Origin: Octopus vulgaris
Lineage: Eukaryota
Direction: 5' to 3'
NCBI GenBank assembly: GCA_951406725.2
Contig: OX597836.1
Location: forward strand, 19,530,001 to 19,594,000
DNA: 64,000 bases
Under the pieces are notes generated by a model. That model worked only from the letters and a program-made list of their open reading frames with translations, was not told where the DNA came from and searched no databases. Within the stretch, counting starts at the first letter, position 1. Each line of letters starts with the position of its first letter. Of the stretch, positions 53,399 to 64,000 are shown piece after piece. A program made the translations under genes and the position numbers.

Positions 53399-53702
53399 GT
53401 GTATGTTACACTTCCAGATGGGAAGGGTCTTCCTATGATGCTGACATGCAATGTCTGTGCAAGACCCTGCCTCAGTAAAGCTGGACTCAAGAGTCATCTT
53501 CGTAGTCATAAAGCGAGACAGATGAGTGACAACCTGGCCACTGGTGGTGGTGTTACACACCATACTAATCATATCTGTCGGGCATGTGGAAGAGAGTGTA
53601 ATTCGGCAGGAGGACTTAAACGACATGCAAAGGTACATGAAGCCCAGTTACAACTACAGCTGGCTATTACCAGTAAAGGTTTTAGCTGCCAATTCTGTAC
53701 AA
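53399..53702 (+). mobile_element. C2H2 zinc-finger-coding fragment, probably a LINE ORF C-terminus
   Basis: CNVC...GLKSHLRSH and CRAC...GLKRHAKVH; a third CQFC is cut by a family-3 insertion. Confidence 0.55.
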
Positions 53703-54264
53703 GACGAGGCTGGCAACGGCCACGATCGGTTGGTGCTTTTTACGTGCCACCGGCACGGAGGCCAGTTGAGGTGGCGCTGGCAACGGCCACATTCGGATGG
53801 TTCTTTTACGTGCCACCGGCACTGGTATCACAACTACAATTTCCATTGATTTTTGATCGATTTCAATTTCACTTGCCTCAACAGGTCTTAAGAAAAAAAC
53901 AATGCAGATATATATCCAATCAACATCTACACAGCGAATCTATCTATTTATCCAATCAATAGTAAGGAAGCCTCTACATGATTGTTCAACTTGCTAGAAA
54001 TAAATAACAATCAAATCTCCCTCAAATCATACCCAACTATTATCATAAATATGGAATGGATACAATAGATAACACAGATCCACCATATTCCTAAAAAAGA
54101 CAGGGTGGTTAGAGATGGAATGCCTGATCATAGGTTTGCTCAATCATTGTTAACTTGGGGTTATATATCAACAACAACAGCCACATCCTATGACTCTCTA
54201 TGCAGTCAGTATTTTCAACATCTAGTTGTCTAGTTGCAAAAACAAACAAAAACAAAGATCAGAA

Positions 54265-54639
54265 ACCAAGCTCTCCAACAATTCGATGCGACACCAGTGC
54301 AGAATCACCTCCCTCCGACAAGTCATCCTAACGAGACGTCTGCGTTGGCTGGGTCATGCCCTCCGTCGTCAATCAGGAGAATTCATCTACGAAGCAATTG
54401 CCCCAGCTCCCCTTCAGGGTTGGCGAAAGCGATGTGGTGGACAACGAAAAACCTGGGTGATGACAGTCAAGGCTGATCTGGAACCCAACATAGGCCCCCA
54501 TATCTACGGTGTTCGCTGCTGGAATAAAGAGTGGTTGGAGATCATGTGGTCGTTAGCCTCAAATCGCCAGGCCTGGTCGGCGTTTGTGAGAGATGCAGCA
54601 TTGAGGATGAATGAAGCCAGCTCTACCCACCCCGGGTGA
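54265..54639 (+). mobile_element. RTE-like LINE 3' fragment
   Basis: RRLRWLGHALRR...GGQRKTW...DLE...LASNRQAW. Confidence 0.8.
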
Positions 54640-54689
54640 ATGCTGTCAAAAGAAAGAAAGAAAGAAAGAAAGAATGAAACCAAGCTTAC

Positions 54690-54853
54690 CATCATAATAA
54701 ACAAGGGCACCAACCAATTCGTCTCTCTTCAACATTGGGAACAATTCCAGAGCCTTCGATTTGGACAGGAAATAGCTGCTTTTCAATTTCTGTTTCCCGG
54801 CCACGAAGTCATACATTTTAATTCCGGCCCAATAATAAGGCACTTGCCACCAT
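54690..54853 (-). CDS. GPD2: GPD2 exon
   Basis: WWQVPYYWAGIKMYDFVAGKQKLKSSYFLSKSKALELFPMLKRDELVGALVYYD. Confidence 0.95.
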
Positions 54854-55417
54854 CTAAATGACCATATGCCATTAATTAGTGTTTAATTAACATTAAATCA
54901 ACAACAACAACAACAACATTCTATAATAAGCATTTAACCCTTTCGTTACCAACCCGGCTGAAACCGGCTCTGGCTCCGTAGTACAAATGTCTTGTTTTCA
55001 TAAGTTTTGAATTAAAATCTTCCACCAAACCTTAGTCACAATTTATGTTCCTAACACTAGCTGAATGATAACTAAGTTATTTTACTAAATTCTTTATTAT
55101 ATTTAAAATCAATTAAAAGAAACACAGAGCATCTCAAAATAAATACAGTAACGAAAGGGTTAAAAACCACAATATCAACTTTGACAAAATTTCAGGATGT
55201 AAACACCTCAATTTGTTTCAATAACTTTAACTGAAATACTTTCAACTGTACCAGATGTTGGTTCTTCAAAGAGAGCTTAATTTATGGCTCTGCCACTTCC
55301 TCTATCAATAAATAGATAGATTCTTGGGATTGCCTCCACTGAACCTAATAGAATAATATCAAACCCCCTCTCCAATAGTAAATCTAAATAACAATATATA
55401 GTTTTGTAAAGTGTGTG

Positions 55418-55471
<54 letters not shown>

Positions 55472-55746
55472 GTGTACAGCAACACTCTCAGATCACAAGT
55501 GTTTACCTTAAATGTGTGTGTGTGTGTCTGTGTTATATATATATATATATATATATATCTTTACTCTTTTACTTGTTTCAGTCATTTGACTGTGGCCATA
55601 CTGGAGCACAGCCTTTAGTCGAGCAAATCGACCCCAGGGCTTATTCTTTGTAAGCCTAGTACTTATTCTATCTGTCTCTTTTGCCGAACCGCAAAACACA
55701 CCAGCATCGGTTGTTAAGTGATGTTGGGGGGGGGGGACACAAACAT

Positions 55747-55813
<67 letters not shown>

Positions 55814-55978
55814 TATATATGACGGATTTCCGTCTACCAAATCTATTCACAAGGCTTTGGTCGGCCTGAGGCTATAATCGAAGACACTTGCCCAAGGTGC
55901 CACTCAGCCAGATTGAACCCGGAACCATGTGGTTTCTAAGCAAGCTACTTACCACATAGCCACTCCTACGCCTGTGTG

Positions 55979-56009
<31 letters not shown>

Positions 56010-58250
56010 TTTACAAAACTATATAAAATAGAACTATCCACATTAAAAAAAGCATTTATAAAAATATGAACACACACATCTCATCTAAAACTAAAGATTT
56101 ATGTATCTATAAAAAATGTGTATGTGTGTGTGTGTGTGTGTGTGCACAGCCCAATCCATAGTAGCATGGACAACAGACATGAACTGATAGTGATAGTGAC
56201 TTTATATATATATGTGATCACAGAAAAAAATATATTTACATTTTTATTTCACCCACAAGGAATGTTTGTAATATTTCAAACTATTTCAGATCTTCTGGTT
56301 TATGTTACACTGTGCAAAAAAATCTCACACACACACACACAAACAGAGCTATCAGGCCATAAATATGTTCACTTTACTTAGCACGTGTACTGAGTACTCA
56401 CTTGAACTAAACTCTTCCAAGTCACATATCAGTAACACTGCGTGTGTGTGTGGGGGGGATTAATTAGGATATATTTCTATAACATTCAGTCAAGTATTAT
56501 CAAAACTAAATACAAACAACCAACTAATATTACATCAACTATAATTAGAGATAAGCTTGGTCTGGATTTCTGTTTCCAACATTTAATTAAATATTGCTGG
56601 TTGATAACATTTTAATATTACGGAGATGTACTTGCATAGCAAGTGACCTGATCTGAGATCGTGTGCTGGAATGCTGCAAACATTTTAATATTTATGAGGG
56701 AAAATGCGGCAAGCTGGCAAAGTAGTTTGCACACTGGACAAAATGCTTAGCAGAAGTTTGTGTGTCTTTACATTCTGAGTTCAAATTCCACTGAGGTTGA
56801 CTTTGCCTTTCATCTTTTCGGGATCAATAAAATAAGTACTAGTCAAGCGCTGTAATCAACTTTGCTCCTCATCTGAAACTGCTGGCATTGTGCCAAAATT
56901 GCTCTTCATTCCATAGAAGAAAAAATTCAAATCGGACCATGTTAACACCAAAAATTATTTACATCAAAAAGGTGCTTTTTACCTATGAAAATCCTTATTT
57001 TTTACAATTTTTTGACTGCTGTGTTGCCATTTTTCGGTGTATTTCAACCAGAAAAAATGTTCACTTAAAGAGAATAACAAGCTACATAATGCAAAATTTT
57101 TACTTTACAAAAATTTCAATTCTAAAGGGTCGAAACATACCTGCATTTTTAACACTAGGGATACATATGGAATGGCCCTTAACTCATGATGGGGTACTGT
57201 ATGGGTACTATTGTGACATACAATATGTCTTGGGTATTTTAAAGTAGGTAAAGCCTATCCCTGTCTAGGTTCAAACACAAAGTTTCTTACGAAGAGGAGT
57301 GGAAGAGGAAGAAAAGCAAGAAAGAGAAAAAGAGAAAGGAGAAAAAGATGAGGAAGAAAGACATAGAAAGGTAAAAAGGATGAGTAAGAAAGAAGATGCA
57401 ACCCTAGGATATGACTGGTACTTTGTCAACTCTGAAGAGATAAAAAAGGCAACATTGACTTGGGTGGGGGTTGAACTCAAATAGCCAGATTACTAGAATT
57501 TATAGCACAAGGCTCGACAGACTAACAACTGCCAATTTACCTGATGATACAGTTTTGAATTCTCATTACATAAGAACAACATAACTGGTGGAGCATCTTA
57601 CAGACCAAACAACATTCATCATTTCATGTCCATTTTTCATGCTTGGTTGGATAACAGGAGTTATCAGAGGACTACACCAAACTCTACTGTCTGTTTTGGC
57701 ATAGTTTTTGTGGTTGGATTCCCTTTTTAACGTGAACTACTTTACAGAGTGGACTAGGTGCATTTCACATGGCACCAGTACCAGCAAGGTCTGCTTTGGC
57801 ATGGTTTTTACAGCTGGATGCCCTCCTTAAACAAATTAATATTTGGATACATCGTTTTACAGCTACATTTTGGGTTCAAATCTCACCCAAATATACTTTA
57901 ACTTTTGTCTTTCCAAGATGAAAAAAAAAAAATAAGTAGTTGGGGTGGAGTTTGGAAAGAAGTGTGGGAGGATTCAAATATATCCAAGAATTTGATGACT
58001 AATAGTTCAATGGCCAGAGAGAAAGCAGTGAAAGAAAGAATAAAATGCAAAAAGAAGAAAAGAGAAAAACACAAGAACGAAGGGAAAGAAGGAAAGGATG
58101 GAAGGATGGAAGGAAGGAATGAATGAAAAAGAATACTCCCAAAGAAGATATTTTGCAAGAGAGAAGTGGTCAAACTTTTTTGTTTGCTTTGAAGGAAATT
58201 AGAGAAAGGTCACAGGGAGAAGTGCATGTTAAAAAATGGTCAGAACTTAC

Positions 58251-58348
58251 CTATACAGTGGCAACATAATGGGGAAAGCATAAGCTAAGTGCGGTGCTAT
58301 TTGTATCAAGTTTGACCTCTCAATTAAAGCTTCCTTAACCATTTTATA
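58251..58348 (-). CDS. GPD2: GPD2 exon
   Basis: YKMVKEALIERSNLIQIAPHLAYAFPIMLPLY; AG/GT flanks, phase consistent. Confidence 0.95.
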
Positions 58349-58664
58349 CTGAAAATAAAAACAGACTATCACAAAATGTCCTGGACAGCAAGATCAGTAA
58401 CACAACAACAAGAACAACAGCATCATTTTATTATTATTATTATTATTATTATTAATATTATTCTTGGGCCTAGGTGATGTAACTCTAGATATGATGTTAA
58501 ATGATATAATGAACGTGTAGTAGAAACTTGCTTCCCGACTACATGGTTCCAGGTTCAGTCCCACCGCATGGCACCTTGGGCAAATGTCTTCTACTACCGC
58601 CTTGGGCCGACCAGAACCTTGACCTTGCAAGTGGATTTAGCAGACAGAAACAGAAAGAAGCCCA

Positions 58665-58707
<43 letters not shown>

Positions 58708-59128
58708 TATATATATATATGAATGTATATGAATGTGTGTCTGTGTGTCCATGTCCCACGACCACTTGGCAACTGGTCTTGGCTTGTTGATACTCTTCTA
58801 ATTTAGCGGTTTGCCAAAGAGATTAACAGTATAAGTATCAGGCTTTAAAAAAAATAGGTACTGGGGTTAATTCGACTAAAAGTTCTTCAAGGTCGTGTCC
58901 CAGCATGGCCACAGTCTAATTGTTGAAACTGATAAAAGATATATAGGGCATCCAGCTGTAGAAACTCTGCCAGATCAGATTGGAGTCTGGTGCAGCCATC
59001 TGGTTTGCCAGACCTGTCAAATCGTCCAACCCATGCTAGCATGGAAAGCAGATGTTGAACGATGATGATGATGATGATATATATACATAGCCTTAGAAGG
59101 GGACTTTTTGGGTAGGAAAAAAAAAAAA

Positions 59129-59186
59129 AACTGAAGAGATGGTGGTGTGGATTTCCACCTCAGCATCCGAAACTCAGAGTTTTATC
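59129..59186 (+). ncRNA. Hammerhead-like motif in a short pLTR-like remnant
   Basis: CTGAAGA, 13-bp imperfect stem gatggtggtgtgg/ccacctcagcatc, CGAAA, CTCAGAG, TT. Confidence 0.55.
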
Positions 59187-59323
59187 TTGACTACCGAATA
59201 ATTGTCACATATTATATTTACAGATAAATTCCTCTATTTATATAATATTGAGGTCTCTTTCTTTCTTTTGTTATCTTACCGTTTTTACCAATATATATAT
59301 ATACACACACACACATATACATA

Positions 59324-59712
59324 TGTCGTCTGATCAATAAGTATTTGGACTGTTGCCATAGTAACGAAACTAAAGCATGCAGAATGAAGCTGCTTGGCAC
59401 AGATTGACCTTGAACTCTGCTGTGTTTGCACACTAAGTTTTAACATTCTAGCTCACTTCTGTTGTTTACAGCAGTGCTTGGTAGGAAAGTGTGTAGCGTG
59501 TGATCATTGCATTGATCATGGCAGAGAAAGTTGGGCAGAGAATCTGCATCAAATTTTGCCAAAATCTTGGCGATACCTGCTCAGAGGCAAAGTTTTCAAA
59601 AAGTTTTCATCATCCTCAACACAATCAAAGAGATGATGATGTGCAACTGAAGCCCGAGTGTCCTTTTGGTCAGCTGAGTTTTGGCACAAACTTGGCAGAC
59701 ATGCATCTCATA
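59324..59712 (+). mobile_element. Mariner 5' fragment with an internally inverted piece
   Basis: MAEKVGQRICIKFCQNLGDTCSE on +; MRCMSAKFVPKL on -. Confidence 0.62.
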
Positions 59713-60251
59713 CTGTTGTGTCAATGCCCCCCAGACGATGAAGTAGGCTAGACCAATACGTAGACATAGAGGGAGAAGTCTAGACGTCGAGAAGTTGAGT
59801 AGAGGTCATCTAAATGTATGATATAACAGTGGCGACGAGGATTTCGTAGCTTTGTAAGTGGATTTGGTAGATGGAAACTGAAAGAAGCCTGTTGTGTGTG
59901 TGTGTGTATTTGTCTAAATCCATGACTGCTTTTGGCAACAATGAACCAGAGACGTTATGATCATTTTTAATATAATCATCACAGACCCCAGTAGAACTGT
60001 CCAACCCATGCTAGCATGGAAAGCGGACGCTAAACGATGATGATGATCATCATCATCATCATTTAATGCCTATGTTCCATGCTGGCATGGGTTAGACAGT
60101 TTGACAGGATCTGATGGGTCCAAGGTCTGGTATTATGCTCCAATGTCTGCTTTGGTATGGTTTCTATGGTTGGATGCCCTTCTTAATGCTTTATAGCAGG
60201 TACTCAGTGCTTTTTTTTGTGCCACCAGCACTAACCAAAATAGAAATTTAC

Positions 60252-60376
60252 CTGTTCGTAATCTAAATTAAATACAGCCTTCTGTAGATATCGTACACCG
60301 CCATGAATCAATTTTGTGCTTCGGCTACTGGTCCCAGATGCAAAGTCAAACTTTTCAATCATTGCAGTCTTCAAAC
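60252..60376 (-). CDS. GPD2: GPD2 exon
   Basis: [41 protein letters not shown] ([13 protein letters not shown] signature); AG/GT flanks. Confidence 0.96.
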
Positions 60377-61035
60377 CTGAAAGTAGAGAGAAGCACTAAG
60401 ATGAATAACATTCAGATTCAAAAGCCATTAAATAATTGGTGTGTGTGACCCCCTTTGGTCAGACACTGACCATGGATTGCACCTAGAGAGTTACCCTCTG
60501 AGGCACAAGTCTGGGCAAGGTTGTTTTATGGAAGACCAGCAGTTGCCCATGCATACCAGCCTCCCCTCTCCACGCCACCAGAGTTATCCAAGGGAAAGGC
60601 AAAGGGGCCGATACAGCTTGGCACCTGTGACGTCGCAACTCATTTCTACAGCTGAGTGAACTGGAGCAACATGAAATAAAGTGTCTTGCTGAAGAACACA
60701 ACATGCAGCCCGGTCCAGGATTCAAACACATAACCTCACAATCGTAAGCTCGACACTCTAACCACTGATCCACGCGCCTTCACTAAATAAATAATTGGTA
60801 ATTTGTTAATTATTAGCCTCGTTGTTAGGGCACTGCACTCACAATCACAGGTTTGGTTCCTGGACCAGGCGGTGCATTGTGTTCTTGAGCAAGACTTTTC
60901 ATTTCATATTGCACTGCAATCAGTTCAACATCTGACGTGTGCACCTATACAGGCAATGTTGACTTGAAGTGGTGGTGGTGGAGATGGTGGTGGTGGTGGG
61001 CTAATGCACAGCACAAACATCTGATTACTGCAAAC

Positions 61036-61926
61036 TAGTGGTTCTCAACCATATGTTTTTTTTTTTAATCTATGGAGCCTTTTGATAACTATTTGATGTT
61101 TAAAAACTAGATTTATACATCCTTCTTTCAAAATTCCTATTTTGCTTTTCATTGCCTTAACTTGTGTAGGTTGAACTACGTAAAATGTTGGAGAAAGAAA
61201 CACAGCTGCTTCTTGCAATAATCCAGCATCATCGAAATCGAAATAGGAAGCTACAAAATCCACCTACAACTGGAACTGAACTCAGCACCGTATGATTGAA
61301 CAGTAAACTTAACCTGCACCATTTATCTGTCCTGGCCCGTGATATCAAACTGCATCAGGTTGTAAAGTTTCCGCTCAGGAATTCAGAGGGTGGTGTGGTG
61401 GTGGAGGGGAAGTAGGAAGTAATGGCGAGGCGAGTGGTAATCGAAAGAGAGAGATAGAGAGAGACAGACAGAGTGATGGCCGAGAGAGAGAGAGACACAC
61501 ATAGCGAGACAGAGAGAGGAGGGGGTCACGACCGGCACCGCGAACTAGCAAATATGGAGGAGTGCATCTCCAGGGAATGTATTCTTTCGTTGTAGGTATT
61601 AAGAGACATAATTAAGAGAGAGAGAGACGGATAGAGTGCGACACGCGGGAGGGATAATTTAGGATTGAGTGGCTTAGTTAATTTAACGAGACAGCAAATG
61701 CTGATAATCGTTAATAGAATTGAAGAATCTGAGAGCCAGTCTAAGACAAAATTAGAGACGAATGACTGTGTGATAAACTTTCATAGATGAGTGAGGAAAT
61801 ATGTTGCGGGTTCAAGGATTCTTCATATACTAAAGTGGGCTCCCAATTTACTATTTTGGTTGCATGGACTCCCAAAAATCTTATATGGACACCAGGAGTC
61901 ACATGGACCCTTGTTGAGAACCACTA
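61036..61926. mobile_element. hAT-like non-autonomous element
   Basis: TIR tagtggttctcaac / gttgagaaccacta; imperfect 8-bp TSD ctgcaaac / ctataaac. Confidence 0.55.
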
Positions 61927-62214
61927 CTATAAACGAATCAGCTGTGCAGGTTATTCAGCAATGACTCAGGCCTATTATTATTGTTGTTGTTGTTGCATAA
62001 CTTCAGGTCAGTCATGTTCTGGCAAACTTATGATCAAAGACGTTCCAGCCATGTCCATCCAACTTTTAGGACCACATTATAATCTAATGTCTTTGCTTCT
62101 TGTTGTTGCCCCAGGTCAGCCTTAATCTATGATCAAAAGCATTACATTCGACAGAGTAATCTGAATACTTCACACAATGTCAGGATGAGAAGACACAAAA
62201 GCATACTCATAAAG

Positions 62215-62285
<71 letters not shown>

Positions 62286-62849
62286 CCTACACATACACAT
62301 GTGTGGAGGCGCAATGGCCCAGTGGTTAGGGCAGTGGACTCGCGGCTGTAGGATCGCGGTTTCGATTCCCAGACTGGGCGTTGTGAGTGTTTATTGAGCG
62401 AAAACACCTAAAAGCTCCACGAGGCTCCTGCAGGGGATGGTGGCGATCCCTTCTGTACTCTTTCGCCACAACTTTCTCACTCTTTCTTCTGTTGGCCTGT
62501 TCGCTTAGCCAGCGGGGTGGCATCATTTGAAGGCTAAAACACTGTGAAGCACATTGTGACCAGTGATGTGTAGCAACATCTGATAGCCTGGTCGGTCACG
62601 GTGATCACGGTGATATACATACCTACACATAAACATGCATACATAGATACATATATATGCCTACACACACACACAATATGTTTCTTTCAGTCTCTATCTA
62701 CCAAGTCCACTCACAAAGCTTTGGTTGGCCCAAGACTATAGTAAAAGATACTTGTCCAAGGTGCCACACACACACACAGTGGGATTGAACCCAAAACCAT
62801 GTTGGGAAGCAAACTTCTTAACCACACAACCAAACAGCTGGGAACTCAC

Positions 62850-63012
62850 CTCGGCTCACTGAATCGAGAGCCACACCAGTTCCTGTAGCTCCTCCACCAA
62901 TGACCAAAACATCAAACTCGTCATTTTTTAGCGATGCTAAGATATCTTTCCGAAGAGGCAGAGTGTTGGACAGTGTATGTACTGGTTCGGCAGCAGACAA
63001 CGTGGACACAGC
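62850..63012 (-). CDS. GPD2: Mitochondrial glycerol-3-phosphate dehydrogenase exon (FAD-binding GxGxxG)
   Basis: tccag|AVSTL...EFDVLVIGGGATGTGVALDSVSR|gtgag. Confidence 0.95.
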
Positions 63013-64000
63013 CTGGAAATAAACAAATAAACAAACAAAAAAAAAGTAAACAGAAAATTTATTTTTAACTGTGCACAAGGTACTCCCCACACCCATTTCT
63101 GTGTTGGTATCATGATGGAAAGCCCCACCCCCTCTGGAATGATTGGTGAGCGAGACAACTTCATTAGTGTTTGTACCATGAGGAAATACATCCAATACAC
63201 ACTGAAAAGGGGTTGGCAAATGAGAAGAAAAAGCGTAGTGGTATGAGGTCCCTTTAATTCTGTTTTGTTTAGGCAGGGCTGGATTTAAACCATGGAGAAC
63301 CTGAACTTCATGTTCGGTGGGCATCATTATCATCATCGTCATCATTTAACGTTCACTTTCCATGCTAGCATGGGTTGGACGATTTGACTGGAGGCTGGCG
63401 AACCAGATGGCTGCACCAGGCTTCAATCTTGATCTGGCAGAGTTTCTACAGCTGGATGGCCTTCCTAATGCCAACCACTCCGAGAGTGTAGTAGGTGCTT
63501 TTATGTGCCAGTCAGGCGGTACTGGCAACGACCTCGCTCAAATCATTTACACATGCCACTGACACAGGTGCCAGTAAGGCAATGCTAGTAACGGTCACGC
63601 TCAGATGGTGTCTTTTACGTGCCACCAGCATGGAGGCCAGATAGCCACTCTGGCAGCGATCACGCTCGGATGGTGCTCTTAAACACCCTACTAGCATGAG
63701 GCTCGAGTGCCAGTAAGGCAACGCTGGTAACGATCACACTCGAATGGTACCTTTTATGTGCCACTGGTACAGAAGCCGGTTGGCCGCTCTGTCAATGATC
63801 ACACTAGTATGGTGCTCTTTGCACCCTGCTAGCACAGACGCCAGTCATCAAATTTAAGAATTAAAGTCTTAGAAAATTACCAAATTTAAATCTCAAAACC
63901 CATCTATTTCAAATAATTGAATTTGGTGAGTTAGCAGAGGGTTTAAATAAATAACTGGAAATGCCATTTTGTAGTTACACTTGTGCAAAATTCAAATTTC

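Noticed and set aside
62818-63345. 175-aa ORF as a single-exon GPD2 start
   Set aside because: Only 62850-63012 is homologous and bounded by splice sites; the upstream part is intron and repeat sequence.

Overview
AT-rich, repeat-dense eukaryotic DNA, most likely from an octopus (inferred from the SINE families, long TA microsatellites and gene structure). Two spliced genes converge tail-to-tail. On + are the last 7 coding exons of a USP44/USP49-like deubiquitinase (516-12031). On - are 15 coding exons of mitochondrial FAD-dependent glycerol-3-phosphate dehydrogenase GPD2 (63012-20164), ending in two EF-hands; its first exon(s) were not found and probably lie beyond the window. All exons were read by hand and join in frame through GT-AG introns. 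Introns and the intergenic gap hold at least five SINE families, mariner relics, TTAA-flanked MITEs, RTE/CR1 LINE fragments and a decayed Penelope-like (Naiad-type) retroelement with an inverted pseudo-LTR. The most interesting signals are: (1) several hammerhead-ribozyme motifs in GPD2 introns, where the two copies sense to the pre-mRNA have core mutations and two antisense copies keep intact cores; (2) a SINE that joins (A)GGTA targets, duplicating a USP44 splice donor and inserting into itself; (3) repeated fold-back hairpins at retro-insertions; (4) a 40-bp tandem repeat that duplicates a GPD2 splice acceptor. No database search was possible, so family names come from recalled motifs.
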